A stretch of 64,000 nt of DNA from Alphaproteobacteria bacterium (GTDB lineage: Bacteria > Pseudomonadota > Alphaproteobacteria > Bin95). Location: positions 2,080,001 to 2,144,000 of the forward strand of contig CBDBGH010000003.1 of NCBI GenBank assembly GCA_965205265.1, given 5' to 3'. Position numbers and translations under genes: made by a program. Shown one piece after another: positions 20,793 to 30,478 of this stretch. Positions within the stretch are counted from its first letter, which is position 1; every line of letters starts with the position of its first letter. Below the pieces are notes generated by a model that made no database searches, was not told the origin of the DNA, and saw only the letters and a list, made by a program, of their open reading frames with translations.

Positions 20793-22391
20793 CTATTTGT
20801 CGAGCCAGACGTCTTCCAGGCGCCAGTTGTTGTAGAGGCTGTTCACATGCGTGACAAAGCCCTTGACATAAGGCTGCCAGCACTGGGCCGCCTTCGTGTG
20901 GTAGATCATCGGCCGGGCCGCGTCCTCCTGCAGCTTCTTGTCGATCTCCCAGACGAGCTTCTTGCGCTCTTCCTGGTCGGTCATCATCGACTGCTTTTCG
21001 AACAGCGCCTCCATCTCCTCCTTGCAGTAGCCCGTGTAGTTCCGCTGCGAGCCGCAGGAGTAGTTCTCGTAGAGGTTGGCGTCCGGATCGTCCACGCCGA
21101 TGCCGGTCAGGTTCAGGCCGACCATGTAGTCCTTGCGGGCGACCTTGGCGTGCCAGTTGCTGGTCTCGACCGTGTCGAGCTCGGCATCGATATAGATGTG
21201 CTTCAGGTGGTCGATCAGGATGACCGCCGGGTCGCGATAGACGGCGATGTTCCGCGTCGAGACCTTAACTGCGAGCCGGTTGTCCGGCCCGTATCCGAGG
21301 CCCTCCATGATCTTCCGTGCTTCGGCCCGGTTCGCCTCGATATCGGGATTGTAGCCCGCGACCGTCTTCAGGAACTCCGGAGGCATGCCCCAGACGCCCG
21401 ACGGCGGCGGCATCATCGCCCCGCCCTGCAGGGTTTCGCCATGGCCCAGGATATCGATGAAGGCCTGCCGGTCGATGGCGAACACCATGGCCTTGCGGAT
21501 ATCCGCATTGTCGAAGGGCGGATTGTCCTGGTTGACGATCAGGTTGACGCTGACATTGGTCGTGACCAGCTCGCAGACCGCGTCCGGCGCCTGAGACTTG
21601 ACGTCCTTCAGCAGCGGAATGGTGACATCGACATTGAAGGTCATGTCGAACTCGCCGGCGATGAAGGCCAGCACGCGGGTCGAGCGGCTCTTGATGATCG
21701 TCCACTCATGCCCGTCGAGATGCGGCTTGCCTTCCTTCCAGTAGTTCTCGTTCTTCGTGAACTTCACATGCTCGTTCTGCTTGAGGCTGACGAACTTGAA
21801 CGGGCCGGTGCCGATGGGCGCCGTGCGCATCTTCTTCGGCGGCACATGGCAAGGATAGACCGGTGAATAGCCCGAGGCGAGCAGCGCGATGAAGGCCGGC
21901 TGGCGGCGCTTCAGGTGGAAGGTGGCCTCGTGGTCGCCGTTCGTCGTCACTTCCTCGAGGTTCTTGTACCAGGCCTTGCGCGGGTTCTTGCGCAGCTTCG
22001 CCTTGCGCTTGCCGAGCAGAAGGTCCCAGGTGCATTTCACATCGGCGGAAGTGAACGGCTTGCCGTCGTGCCACTGCACGCCCTGGCGCAACTTGAAGGT
22101 GAGCTCGGTGCCGTCGCCGTTCCAGCTCCAGCTCTCCGCCAGATCCGGCACGATGGTCTCGAGGCTGTTCCTCGCGATGCCATGGTCGTACATGATGAGG
22201 TTGTTGAAGACGCCCATGTAAGGCGACAGCGTCGAGTTGGTCGCCTCCTCGTGGATCGAGCCGCTCGGCGGCGTGCCGCGGTGGTAGAATTTCAGGATGC
22301 CGCCGTCCTTCTGCGCGAGCGCCGTCCCGGCATAGCCCGCGAGCATTGCCACGCCGAGGCCGAGCGCCGCGGCGCGTGTGAGATTACCCAT
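20793..22391 (-). CDS. Family 5 ABC substrate-binding protein, Sec signal
   Basis: Signal peptide ..TALAQ; PDLAESW, LRQGVQWHDG, PIGTGPF; SD GGGAGG. Confidence 0.93.
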   Translation of the reverse strand: MGNLTRAAALGLGVAMLAGYAGTALAQKDGGILKFYHRGTPPSGSIHEEATNSTLSPYMGVFNNLIMYDHGIARNSLETIVPDLAESWSWNGDGTELTFKLRQGVQWHDGKPFTSADVKCTWDLLLGKRKAKLRKNPRKAWYKNLEEVTTNGDHEATFHLKRRQPAFIALLASGYSPVYPCHVPPKKMRTAPIGTGPFKFVSLKQNEHVKFTKNENYWKEGKPHLDGHEWTIIKSRSTRVLAFIAGEFDMTFNVDVTIPLLKDVKSQAPDAVCELVTTNVSVNLIVNQDNPPFDNADIRKAMVFAIDRQAFIDILGHGETLQGGAMMPPPSGVWGMPPEFLKTVAGYNPDIEANRAEARKIMEGLGYGPDNRLAVKVSTRNIAVYRDPAVILIDHLKHIYIDAELDTVETSNWHAKVARKDYMVGLNLTGIGVDDPDANLYENYSCGSQRNYTGYCKEEMEALFEKQSMMTDQEERKKLVWEIDKKLQEDAARPMIYHTKAAQCWQPYVKGFVTHVNSLYNNWRLEDVWLDK

Positions 22392-22427
22392 GCTTGTATC
22401 CCTCCCGGTTCGCATGACGCGGCAGGG

Positions 22428-22456
22428 ATTATGTCGCCACCGTGCCGTTCTGCCAA
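22428..22456 (-). promoter_or_regulatory. sigma70 promoter of the ABC operon
   Basis: TTGGCA-17 nt-CATAAT on the minus strand. Confidence 0.6.
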
Positions 22457-22490
22457 CCCGGCGCCGCAGAGGCGGCAGCGCAGGCGCCCG

Positions 22491-22829
22491 TCAGTTCTCC
22501 ACCGCGTCCAGAGCTTCGCCTTCGGACCCGTGAATCTGGATGATCTTGTCGAAGCCGGAAAGCTGGACAATCTCCCGGACGGTGTCGGGCAACGCGCATA
22601 GCGAGAAGCTGGCATCGCGCCGCCACAGGCCCTTGGCGATCACCAGGACAGCCCGGAGGCCGGCGCTGCTGATATAGGACAACTGGGACAGATTCACGAC
22701 AACGGCGCGGTCGTCGTCCTGGATCGCGGCCTTCATCTTGCTCTCGAAATCGCGAGCCGTGGCGCTGTCGATGCGGCCTTCCGGCACCGCGAGCAAGGCA
22801 CCGCCGCGCCGTTCCATCCTCACTTCCAT
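22491..22829 (-). CDS. STAS-domain anti-sigma factor antagonist
   Basis: GRIDSATA...NLSQLSYISSAGLRAVL; SD GGAGG at about 22837-22841; TATAAT at 22891-22896. Confidence 0.9.
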   Translation of the reverse strand: MEVRMERRGGALLAVPEGRIDSATARDFESKMKAAIQDDDRAVVVNLSQLSYISSAGLRAVLVIAKGLWRRDASFSLCALPDTVREIVQLSGFDKIIQIHGSEGEALDAVEN

Positions 22830-22832
22830 CCC

Positions 22833-22993
22833 AATTCCTCCTGACCTCGCTTGACGGATTCCGGCACTGCCCAAGCGCCCGTCCCATCGCATTATAGCGG
22901 CTGTTCCCTGCATTTTTGCACGATCCCGCCGCCGGACATAGCCTCCGTTGTAGGCAATTCGCAGAGACTGGAGGTTACAACGGTCCGGGAGAG
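22833..22993. repeat. 161-bp direct repeat (target duplication), left of IS1634 copy 1
   Basis: Identical to 24910-25070. Confidence 0.95.
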
Positions 22994-24909
22994 CCTGACT
23001 TCGACAGTTGGGCTGACTTCTGACCGATCTCGCGTCTGGAGTTTTCAGTAAAGCCAATGAGTTGGCAGTTGCGGTGCGGTCAAGCTGCGTTGTAGTGCCT
23101 AGTAAATCTTTGAGACTGTCAATGCCTCCGCCACGCGCTACACTCCCCCCATGTTCGTGCGCATCAAGACCTCCCCCAACAGCCCGCGACGCTCGGTCCA
23201 GATCGTCGAGGCCGTGCGCGACGGCGGCAAGGTCCGACAGCGCATCGTCCGCCATGTCGGCGTGGCCATGGACGAGGACGAGCTCGAGCGCCTGAGGCAG
23301 CTCGGCGAGTACGTCAAGGCGAAGCTGGAGGACGAGCGTCAGCCGGCATTGTTTGCGCCCGAGAAGATCGCTGAGCAGGCGATCCGTGTCGGCCGCCGGG
23401 GGGACGGCAAGGAGGAACTCCCGGTCGACCTCAAGCAGCTTGAAGAGGAGCAGCGCCTGATCACAGGCATCCACGAGGTCTATGGCGAGATCTACCGGCT
23501 GCTGGGCCTCGACGCGCTGCTGCCGCGCTCGCGCTACCGGGCCTCCCATGACGCGCTGTTCCATGTGGTGATGGCGCGGGTAGCCAACCCCGACAGCAAG
23601 CGGGGCAGCGTGCGCCGGCTCGAGGAGGACTTCGGCGTGAGTCTTCCGCTCGAGAAGGTCTACCGGATGATGGATCAGCTCGACGCGACGGTGATCGAGC
23701 GACTGCGCACGCGCGTCGGCGAGGCGAGCCGGTCGCTGCTGCCGGAGCCGGTCGCGATCCTCTTCTTCGATTGCACCACGCTCTACTTCGAGACGGCCGC
23801 CGAGGACGAGCTTCGCCAGCACGGCTTCAGCAAGGACGGCAAACACAAGGACTCGCAGGTTCTGCTGGCGCTGATGGTGACGCGCGAAGGGCTGCCGATC
23901 AGCTACGAGGTCTTCCCCGGCGCCACCTACGAGGGACACAGCATGGTCCCGGTCCTGCAGGACATGCAGCGCCGCCACCAGGTGGAGCGCACGGTATGCG
24001 TGGCCGACCGGGGCATGCTGAGCGCCGACAACCTCGACGCCATGGACGCCATCGGCGGCGAGTATGTCGTCGGCGCGCGGCTGCGCAAGCTGCCGCTCGC
24101 GCTGCTGGGGCAGGTTCTCGACCCCGGGACCTATGCCCCGCTGGAGGGCTCACAGGACCGCCGGGTCGGCGAGTGGGAGTACAAGGGCCGTCGCCTGATC
24201 GTCGTCTTCTGCCCCCAGCGCGCACGCAAGGACGCGCACGAGCGCCGCCATCAGGTGGAACGCCTGCTCGACAGGCTGGCCCGCAGCGACAATCCCAGGG
24301 AACTGCTCTCCAATCACGGGGCGAAGCGCTTCATCGCCGTCGAGGGCGACGCACGGCTCACGGTGAACCCGGAGAAGATCGCCGAGGCCGCACGATGGGA
24401 CGGGCTCACCGGCGTCATCACCAATCTGCGCGACGCGCGCGTCACCGAAGTGATGGCTCACTACCAGGGGCTCTGGCAGGTCGAGGAGAGCTTCCGGATC
24501 ACCAAACACGACCTGAAGATACGTCCCATCTGGCACTGGAACCCGGACCGGATCCGCGCTCACATCGCCATCGCCTTCCTGGCCTTCGCCTGCGTTCGAC
24601 ACCTTGCGTACCGCGTCGCCATCCAGAAGCGGCGGATGTCCCCGGAGGTCATCCGCTCCGCCCTCGTCCACCGCCAGTGCTCCCTGCTGCGCTGTCGGCA
24701 ATCGGGCAACCGCTACGTCATCCCCTCGAAGCCGACACCGGCGGCGGAGCAGATTTACGCAACCATGGGGCTGCCCCTGACGATCACCCCGTATCAACTC
24801 GCCTGACCGTCGACGAAGCACGGCTCGAAGAAATGCCGGATGTAGTGCCTAGCCGAAATGAGAACCAGGCAATATCAACTACTTATGCGAATCAACCGTC
24901 GAAGTCAGG
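22994..24909 (+). mobile_element. IS1634-family insertion sequence, copy 1 (1916 bp)
   Basis: 17-bp terminal IRs CCTGACTTCGAC(A/G)GTTG; single transposase; near-identical to copies 2 and 3. Confidence 0.93.
23151..24806 (+). CDS. IS1634-family DDE transposase
   Basis: FFDCTTLYFE, GFSKDGK, VADRGM, YQGLWQVEESFRITKHDL.RPIWHW...IRAH. Confidence 0.93.
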   Translation: MFVRIKTSPNSPRRSVQIVEAVRDGGKVRQRIVRHVGVAMDEDELERLRQLGEYVKAKLEDERQPALFAPEKIAEQAIRVGRRGDGKEELPVDLKQLEEEQRLITGIHEVYGEIYRLLGLDALLPRSRYRASHDALFHVVMARVANPDSKRGSVRRLEEDFGVSLPLEKVYRMMDQLDATVIERLRTRVGEASRSLLPEPVAILFFDCTTLYFETAAEDELRQHGFSKDGKHKDSQVLLALMVTREGLPISYEVFPGATYEGHSMVPVLQDMQRRHQVERTVCVADRGMLSADNLDAMDAIGGEYVVGARLRKLPLALLGQVLDPGTYAPLEGSQDRRVGEWEYKGRRLIVVFCPQRARKDAHERRHQVERLLDRLARSDNPRELLSNHGAKRFIAVEGDARLTVNPEKIAEAARWDGLTGVITNLRDARVTEVMAHYQGLWQVEESFRITKHDLKIRPIWHWNPDRIRAHIAIAFLAFACVRHLAYRVAIQKRRMSPEVIRSALVHRQCSLLRCRQSGNRYVIPSKPTPAAEQIYATMGLPLTITPYQLA

Positions 24910-25070
24910 AATTCCTCCTGACCTCGCTTGACGGATTCCGGCACTGCCCAAGCGCCCGTCCCATCGCATTATAGCGGCTGTTCCCTGCATTTTTGCACGA
25001 TCCCGCCGCCGGACATAGCCTCCGTTGTAGGCAATTCGCAGAGACTGGAGGTTACAACGGTCCGGGAGAG
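24910..25070. repeat. 161-bp direct repeat, right of IS1634 copy 1
   Basis: Identical to 22833-22993; contains hairpin CCGTTGTA...TACAACGG and the STAS promoter and SD. Confidence 0.95.
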
Positions 25071-25095
25071 CGCCGAAGCCGGCCTCCGTGCGATA

Positions 25096-28000
25096 TCAGC
25101 GATCGCCCGCAAACAGCGCATCGACATGCCTCGCGGCGCGGGCGGAGACCTCCTCGACCGAGCGGGAGAGGGCTTCCAACACCAGTTTGCCGCCGGACCG
25201 GCCAATCGCGCCGGCCAGCGCCAACCCCGTCGCCTCTTCGGCAAGCTCTCCGTCCGCAGCCAATTGCGCGAGACCCCAGAGGTTGCGCCAGAGACGCGCG
25301 GCTTCCATGAGGTCTTCCGCCGCTGCTGCGCCGATGGACCCCAGGGCATGTGCGGTCTCGAAGACCTCCACCGCAGCGCCCTGCAGGATCGCCGGGCGCT
25401 CGGCAGCGTGGAGCAGCCGCAGGAAATCCGCCGCCGCGGCCACGTCCCGCAGGCCGCCCGGCCGGTGCTCGATGGCCCGGACGCCGTCGCCGGCGTCGGC
25501 TCCCCGGCCGCGCATGGCAGCCAGCCCGGCGGCCAGCGGGCCCGCCAGACGGGGCGCAGCCAGCGCGGCGCGCTGCGCTTCCTCGAACCGGTCTGCTAAT
25601 CCACCCTCGGACCGCACGACCCGGGCGCGCCGCAGCGCCGCGAGTTCGGGGGCCCCGGCGCGTCCGTGCGGATAGTCCAGAAAGGCCCGCAGCGAACAGG
25701 CGAGCGGACCGCTGGTTCCCGTTTCCCGCGGGCGCATGTCGGTCCGGTAGAGACCGCCTTCCGCGGTTTCCGCGGTCAGCGCGGCCATCAGGCGGCGGCA
25801 GAGCCGCGCATAATAGGTGTCCGGGTCCAGGGGCCTCGGGCCGTCCGATGCCGCGCCCTCATGATCGTAAAGCAGCATGAGGTCGAGCTCGGAGCTGACT
25901 GTCATCTCGCGGCACCCGAGGTCGCCGAACGCGAGCACCGCCGCCCGTCCGCCCGGCACGCGCCCGTGGGCTGCCGCAAACGCTTCCTGCACGGCTGGCA
26001 TCAGCGCGCCGACGCACGCATCGGCAATGTCGGCCAATGGCGGCGCGGCCTCTTCCGGAGAAAGCCGCCCGCGCAGCATATGGGCGCCGATCTGGAACAG
26101 GCGGTCGTTCGCCCAGCGCCGCACGGCATCGAGCAGGTCCGGAAGATCGCCGGCGCGGCCGGCCGCCTCCAGTTCCGCCTGCATTTCCGCCCGGCCGAAC
26201 TCCCGCGCGTAGAAAAGCCGCACCAGCCCCCGCCGGGCGGCCTCCGCCATTTCCGGCTCCAGCCCCTCCTCGTCCGGCAGGTCGAGATCGGTGAAATCGC
26301 GGCTGAGCGCGCTTTCCAGCAGCAGTGGACGGCGCGTCATCCAGCCGGCAAGCAGGGGCGCGGACCCGACGACATCCGTGACGATGCCGAGCAGTTCGGG
26401 CCGTGCTGCCAGCAGGGAAAACAGCCGCCGGTCGGGCGGCAGCCCGGCCAGGAACCGGTCGAAGCGCGACAGGGCCGCATCGGGGTCGGGCGCCGCCGCA
26501 AAGGCCGCAAGGATATTCGGCAGCAGCCTCGCGAGCAGCGCGCGCGCCTCGTCGCTTCGCAGCACCGGCGCTCCGCCTGCGAGCCAGCGCCGCACCAGCG
26601 CCGCAGCCTCTCCGGCGTCGGCATAGCCCATGCCCGCCAGCGCCGTTTCCGCCGCGCCATCCGCGCGAAAGTCCACACCTTCGGCGTCAGCGGCATCCAG
26701 CGGGTCCTCGAACAGCGCACCGTAATGGCGTTCGACCGCCGCGATATGCGCGTTCAGCCGGTCTTCGAACGCGCCGGCGGAGGGAAAGGCCAGGAAGGCT
26801 GCGATTCCGGCGATGCCCGAGTCGCTGTCGGGCAGGCTGTGGGTCTGCCGGTCGTCCACCATCTGCAGCCGGTGCTCCACGCCGCGCTGGAAGCCGTAGG
26901 CGGCGCGCAGCTCCGCCGCCGCGCCGGGATCGACATGGCCCGCCGACACGAGCGCCGCCAGCGACTCAAGCGTGGCGCATCCGCGAAGGCCGGAATCCCG
27001 TCCGCCCCAAAGAAGCTGCTGCGCCTGCACGAAGAACTCGATCTCGCGGATACCGCCGCGGCCGAGCTTGACATTGTGTCCCTCGAGACCCCGGCCGCCC
27101 GCGCCGCGCGCGGCGTCGATCTGCTCCTTGATCGCCCTGATGTCCTGCGCCGCGTCGAAATCGAGATGGCGGCGCCAGATGAAGGGCTGCAGGGTCTCCA
27201 GAAACGCCTCGCCCGCCTCGATGTCGCCTGCGACCGGACGGGCCTTTATCATCGCCGCGCGCTCCCAGTTGCGCCCGGCCGTGCGGTAATAGACCTCCGC
27301 CGAGCGGACCGAGACGGCGGGCGGGGTGGAGCCCGGATCGGGGCGCAGCCGGAGGTCGGTGCGGAACACGTAACCCTGCGCGGTCTGCTGGCCCATGATG
27401 CGCACGAGCTCCTGCGCGAGCCGCGCAAAGACCCGCTGCACGCCGCGTCTGCCGACATAAGGCGTCCGGTCCTGGTCGTAGAACAGGATCAGGTCGATAT
27501 CGCTCGAATAGTTGAGCTCCCGGGCCCCGAGCTTGCCCATGCCGAGCGCGAACAGGCCGGAATCGCGCTCCGGATCGCCGGGCTCCGGCAGCGCCAGCTC
27601 GCCCGCTTCGTGCAGGCCGCGCAGCAGGTGCCGCAGGGCCGCGCCGAGCGCCGCCGCCGCAAACCCGGAAAGCGCGTCCGTCACCTTCTCCAGCGGCCAG
27701 ACGCCGGCGATGTCCCCGAGCGCAATGGCGAGCGCCGCGCGCCGCTTGGCCCGGCGCAGGCGAAGCATGATGTCGGCGAGCGATTCCTCCGCGAAGCCCG
27801 CGCGGTCGGCAGCCCCTTCCTGCGCCGCGCAGAAGGCCGCGTCCGGCCCGGCCTCCAGCGCCAGCCGCGCGAAGCCGGGATCGGAGATCAGGCTCTGGCT
27901 GAGATAAGGGCTGTTCGCAAACACCGAGGAGAGCAGCCGCCCGGCCGCCGCATCCCCCTCTGCCTCCAGCATGAAGGCGCGCAGCCCGTCGTCTACCGCC

Positions 28001-28110
28001 TCCTGCGCCGCTTCGCGCCAGCGCCGCCAGCAGGTTTCCGCCGCCTCGGCATCGGCTGCAATCGGCAGCCGCGCTTCACTGTCGAACCAGTCTCCCGCCA
28101 GACCCGCCAT
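25096..28110 (-). CDS. glnE: Glutamine synthetase adenylyltransferase / adenylyl-removing enzyme
   Basis: GMGKLGARELNYSSDIDL, FRTDLRLRPDP, WERAAMIKAR, NVKLGRGGIREIEF; second domain degenerate. Confidence 0.92.
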   Translation of the reverse strand: MAGLAGDWFDSEARLPIAADAEAAETCWRRWREAAQEAVDDGLRAFMLEAEGDAAAGRLLSSVFANSPYLSQSLISDPGFARLALEAGPDAAFCAAQEGAADRAGFAEESLADIMLRLRRAKRRAALAIALGDIAGVWPLEKVTDALSGFAAAALGAALRHLLRGLHEAGELALPEPGDPERDSGLFALGMGKLGARELNYSSDIDLILFYDQDRTPYVGRRGVQRVFARLAQELVRIMGQQTAQGYVFRTDLRLRPDPGSTPPAVSVRSAEVYYRTAGRNWERAAMIKARPVAGDIEAGEAFLETLQPFIWRRHLDFDAAQDIRAIKEQIDAARGAGGRGLEGHNVKLGRGGIREIEFFVQAQQLLWGGRDSGLRGCATLESLAALVSAGHVDPGAAAELRAAYGFQRGVEHRLQMVDDRQTHSLPDSDSGIAGIAAFLAFPSAGAFEDRLNAHIAAVERHYGALFEDPLDAADAEGVDFRADGAAETALAGMGYADAGEAAALVRRWLAGGAPVLRSDEARALLARLLPNILAAFAAAPDPDAALSRFDRFLAGLPPDRRLFSLLAARPELLGIVTDVVGSAPLLAGWMTRRPLLLESALSRDFTDLDLPDEEGLEPEMAEAARRGLVRLFYAREFGRAEMQAELEAAGRAGDLPDLLDAVRRWANDRLFQIGAHMLRGRLSPEEAAPPLADIADACVGALMPAVQEAFAAAHGRVPGGRAAVLAFGDLGCREMTVSSELDLMLLYDHEGAASDGPRPLDPDTYYARLCRRLMAALTAETAEGGLYRTDMRPRETGTSGPLACSLRAFLDYPHGRAGAPELAALRRARVVRSEGGLADRFEEAQRAALAAPRLAGPLAAGLAAMRGRGADAGDGVRAIEHRPGGLRDVAAAADFLRLLHAAERPAILQGAAVEVFETAHALGSIGAAAAEDLMEAARLWRNLWGLAQLAADGELAEEATGLALAGAIGRSGGKLVLEALSRSVEEVSARAARHVDALFAGDR

Positions 28111-28150
28111 CCGGAGCCGCCTCGCGATCGGGGGTCCGGAAAGGCTGCGC

Positions 28151-29302
28151 TCATTTCCCCTGGATGTCGAGCGTGCGCGTCTCCTCCAGTACCCGATCCA
28201 CCACGGCGCGGAGCGCCTCACGGTGGTCCGCGCCCTCCAACCGGCTGACTTCGTAGCATTCGAGCTGCCGGTCCGCCGACGCGCCGTCATACAGGATTGC
28301 CGAAATCCGGCGGAGGTCCTCCTCGCAGCCGAGCGCGCGGGCGTCCTCCGCAACATCCTCCACCAGCGCCTCGACACAGTCCGCGATATCGACGCGCCCG
28401 CCCCGCTCCGCGTCGCCGATGAATGCGAGCGTACCGTAGCGCTGGGCCAGCCAGCAGTTCTCGGCGATGATTTCCGTCGGCGGCTCGGGCGGCAGCCCCT
28501 CCGCTTTGTCCTGCCGCGACAACCGCCGCAGCAGCGCGGCGTAGAGAGCCGCCAGGGCTATCGACTCGTCCATGTGCGGGCAGATGTCGCAGCTCCTGAG
28601 CTCGATGGTCGGATAGGCGTGGGACGGGCGGATGTCCGGGCGCATCTCGCTGCTGTCCCGGAGCGCGCCGATGCGCCGGTAATCCTCAACGAGGCGGTCG
28701 AATTCGGCCTGCGACCGGAACGGACGGGGAAGCCCGGTGCGCGGCAGCGCCCCGATGATGATGGGCCTGTAGGACTTGTAGCCGGTGAAGCCGCCGTCGT
28801 TGAAAGGAGAGGACGCCGAGAGCGCGATGAACGCCGGCAGATGGCGCCGGATCGCCGTCATCACGCGTATGCGCGAATCCGGGTCGCCGAAACCGGCATG
28901 GATGTGCATGCCGCCGACCATGAAGCGGCGGACGGCCTCCTGCATCGCTATCTCGAATTCGCGGTAGCGCACCTTCGGCGTCACCTGCTGCTCGCGCCAG
29001 GCTGCGAAGGGATGCGTCGAGGCCGCCATCGCCCGCGCGCCGTAAGCCTCCGCCGATTCGACGACCAGGCGGCGGGTTTCGGCAAGCGCGGCGCGCAGGT
29101 CCGCTATGGAGGCGCACACCCGCGTGTTGGTCTCGACCTGGGAGCGCAGCAGTTCCGGCACCACCTTGTGCGGGCCGCTCTCCCGCTCGCAGCGCTCCAT
29201 GATCCCCGGATCGGGATCGGCGATGATGTCGCGCGTTTCGGGATCGACCAGGAAGAACTCCTCCTCGATGCCGAAGGTGAATGTCAGGCCGGCTTCCGTC
29301 AT
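28151..29302 (-). CDS. YbdK-like carboxylate-amine ligase (glutamate-cysteine ligase 2 family)
   Basis: TFGIEEEFFLVD, GMHIH, ALSASSPF, DIRPS..YPTIELRSCD. Confidence 0.9.
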   Translation of the reverse strand: MTEAGLTFTFGIEEEFFLVDPETRDIIADPDPGIMERCERESGPHKVVPELLRSQVETNTRVCASIADLRAALAETRRLVVESAEAYGARAMAASTHPFAAWREQQVTPKVRYREFEIAMQEAVRRFMVGGMHIHAGFGDPDSRIRVMTAIRRHLPAFIALSASSPFNDGGFTGYKSYRPIIIGALPRTGLPRPFRSQAEFDRLVEDYRRIGALRDSSEMRPDIRPSHAYPTIELRSCDICPHMDESIALAALYAALLRRLSRQDKAEGLPPEPPTEIIAENCWLAQRYGTLAFIGDAERGGRVDIADCVEALVEDVAEDARALGCEEDLRRISAILYDGASADRQLECYEVSRLEGADHREALRAVVDRVLEETRTLDIQGK

Positions 29303-29344
29303 CGCTTCGCTCCGCGCGACCGGTGTGGCGCATCGTCCGTCTTC

Positions 29345-30475
29345 TTAGGGCAGCGGCGGCTCCATTTGAAGCGTGAGGCACACCCGCCGCGCAGCGCTCC
29401 ACTCTTCCTCGTCCATGGCCTGTCGAAGCCCCGGAAGTCCGGCAGCACGGATATGCGCCAGCCTTTCGGCAGTCGCCGGATGGGTGGAGAGCAACCCGAA
29501 GAGCGGCCCGTTCTCTTTCCCGTGCTCTTCCTCAAGACGGGCGAAGAAGTCCGCGAGCCCCTCTGTCCCGATACCCGCGGCCTTGAGCCGTTCGAGCGCG
29601 AAGGCGTCCGCGTCGCGCTCCGTGTCGCGCGAATAGCCGGTGTTGACCAGCCATTCGGCGAGCCCGCCGGCCAGGGTGCCGCCCGTCAGATCGCCGAACA
29701 GCACGCCGATCAGCAGCGCGACGGCGAAGGAGCGGTAGAGGGCGCGGGTGGAATCGTCGTGCGCGAGGTGGCCGAGTTCATGCGCGGCGACGCCCGCGAC
29801 CTCCTCCGGGCTGCGGGCATGGACCAGCAGTCCCCGGGTGAAGACCATGATTCCTCCGGGCAGCGCAAAGGCGTTGACCAGAAGGGTATTCACCACGACC
29901 ACCCGCACGGTCGGCGGGTCCGGTAGGTCCGCGGCGAGACGGTCCGCAAGGCGCTGCAGCGCAGCCCGACCGTTGCCGTAGGAACAGAAGCGGCGGCGGC
30001 TTGCCGGCCCGGCCGGCCCCGGCAGCAACTCGGCGACATGGACGAGAACCGTCCGGCCGAGCCGGTATTTGGCGGAGTCGGGAGTGACGGCCGCAAGCTG
30101 GGCCGACAGCAGCGGGATGAGCACCAGGACGATGCCGGCCAGCGACCCGGCGGCAAGCACGGCCCAGAGCGCGATTCGCGCAACCGTCCTTCGGGAAGTC
30201 CGGTGCCGCCGCAACAGATGCGGTGCCGCCTGCCGGAGCGGCGCGACGATTCCCGGATCGTCCACGATGAGCCGCGCCGTCGTGCCCGCGAGGCCCAGCC
30301 GCACCGGCTCCCCCTCGCGCGGCTTCTCCACCAGCCGCACAGCCTCGCCCGGCCAGGACCCGACAATGGGGCCCGCCTCTTCGAAGATCGCAAGCCCGGT
30401 CGCCGCAATCTCGACCTCGACCGGCCGGGAGCGCGCCGTCAGCCCGTCATAGTAGCGCGCCGGATACCGCGCCAT
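29345..30475 (-). CDS. M48-family metallopeptidase
   Basis: VNAFALPGG, HELGH, YSRDTERDAD, LSTHP. Confidence 0.9.
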   Translation of the reverse strand: MARYPARYYDGLTARSRPVEVEIAATGLAIFEEAGPIVGSWPGEAVRLVEKPREGEPVRLGLAGTTARLIVDDPGIVAPLRQAAPHLLRRHRTSRRTVARIALWAVLAAGSLAGIVLVLIPLLSAQLAAVTPDSAKYRLGRTVLVHVAELLPGPAGPASRRRFCSYGNGRAALQRLADRLAADLPDPPTVRVVVVNTLLVNAFALPGGIMVFTRGLLVHARSPEEVAGVAAHELGHLAHDDSTRALYRSFAVALLIGVLFGDLTGGTLAGGLAEWLVNTGYSRDTERDADAFALERLKAAGIGTEGLADFFARLEEEHGKENGPLFGLLSTHPATAERLAHIRAAGLPGLRQAMDEEEWSAARRVCLTLQMEPPLP

Positions 30476-30478
30476 GCC

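Noticed and set aside
22840-22849. CCTGACCTCG in target 1 matches the IS end 9/10, hinting at homology-guided targeting
   Set aside because: Not reproduced at targets 2 and 3, and it overlaps the STAS SD region; likely chance.
22935-22990. Hairpin upstream of the STAS gene as a c-di-GMP or other riboswitch
   Set aside because: It lacks the consensus and lies upstream of the TATAAT box; better explained as the hairpin ending the glnE transcript.
22491-23978. 495-aa ORF fusing the IS antisense frame to the STAS domain
   Set aside because: The STAS gene has its own SD, ATG (22829) and -10; the same antisense frame runs out of the other copies into unrelated sequence.
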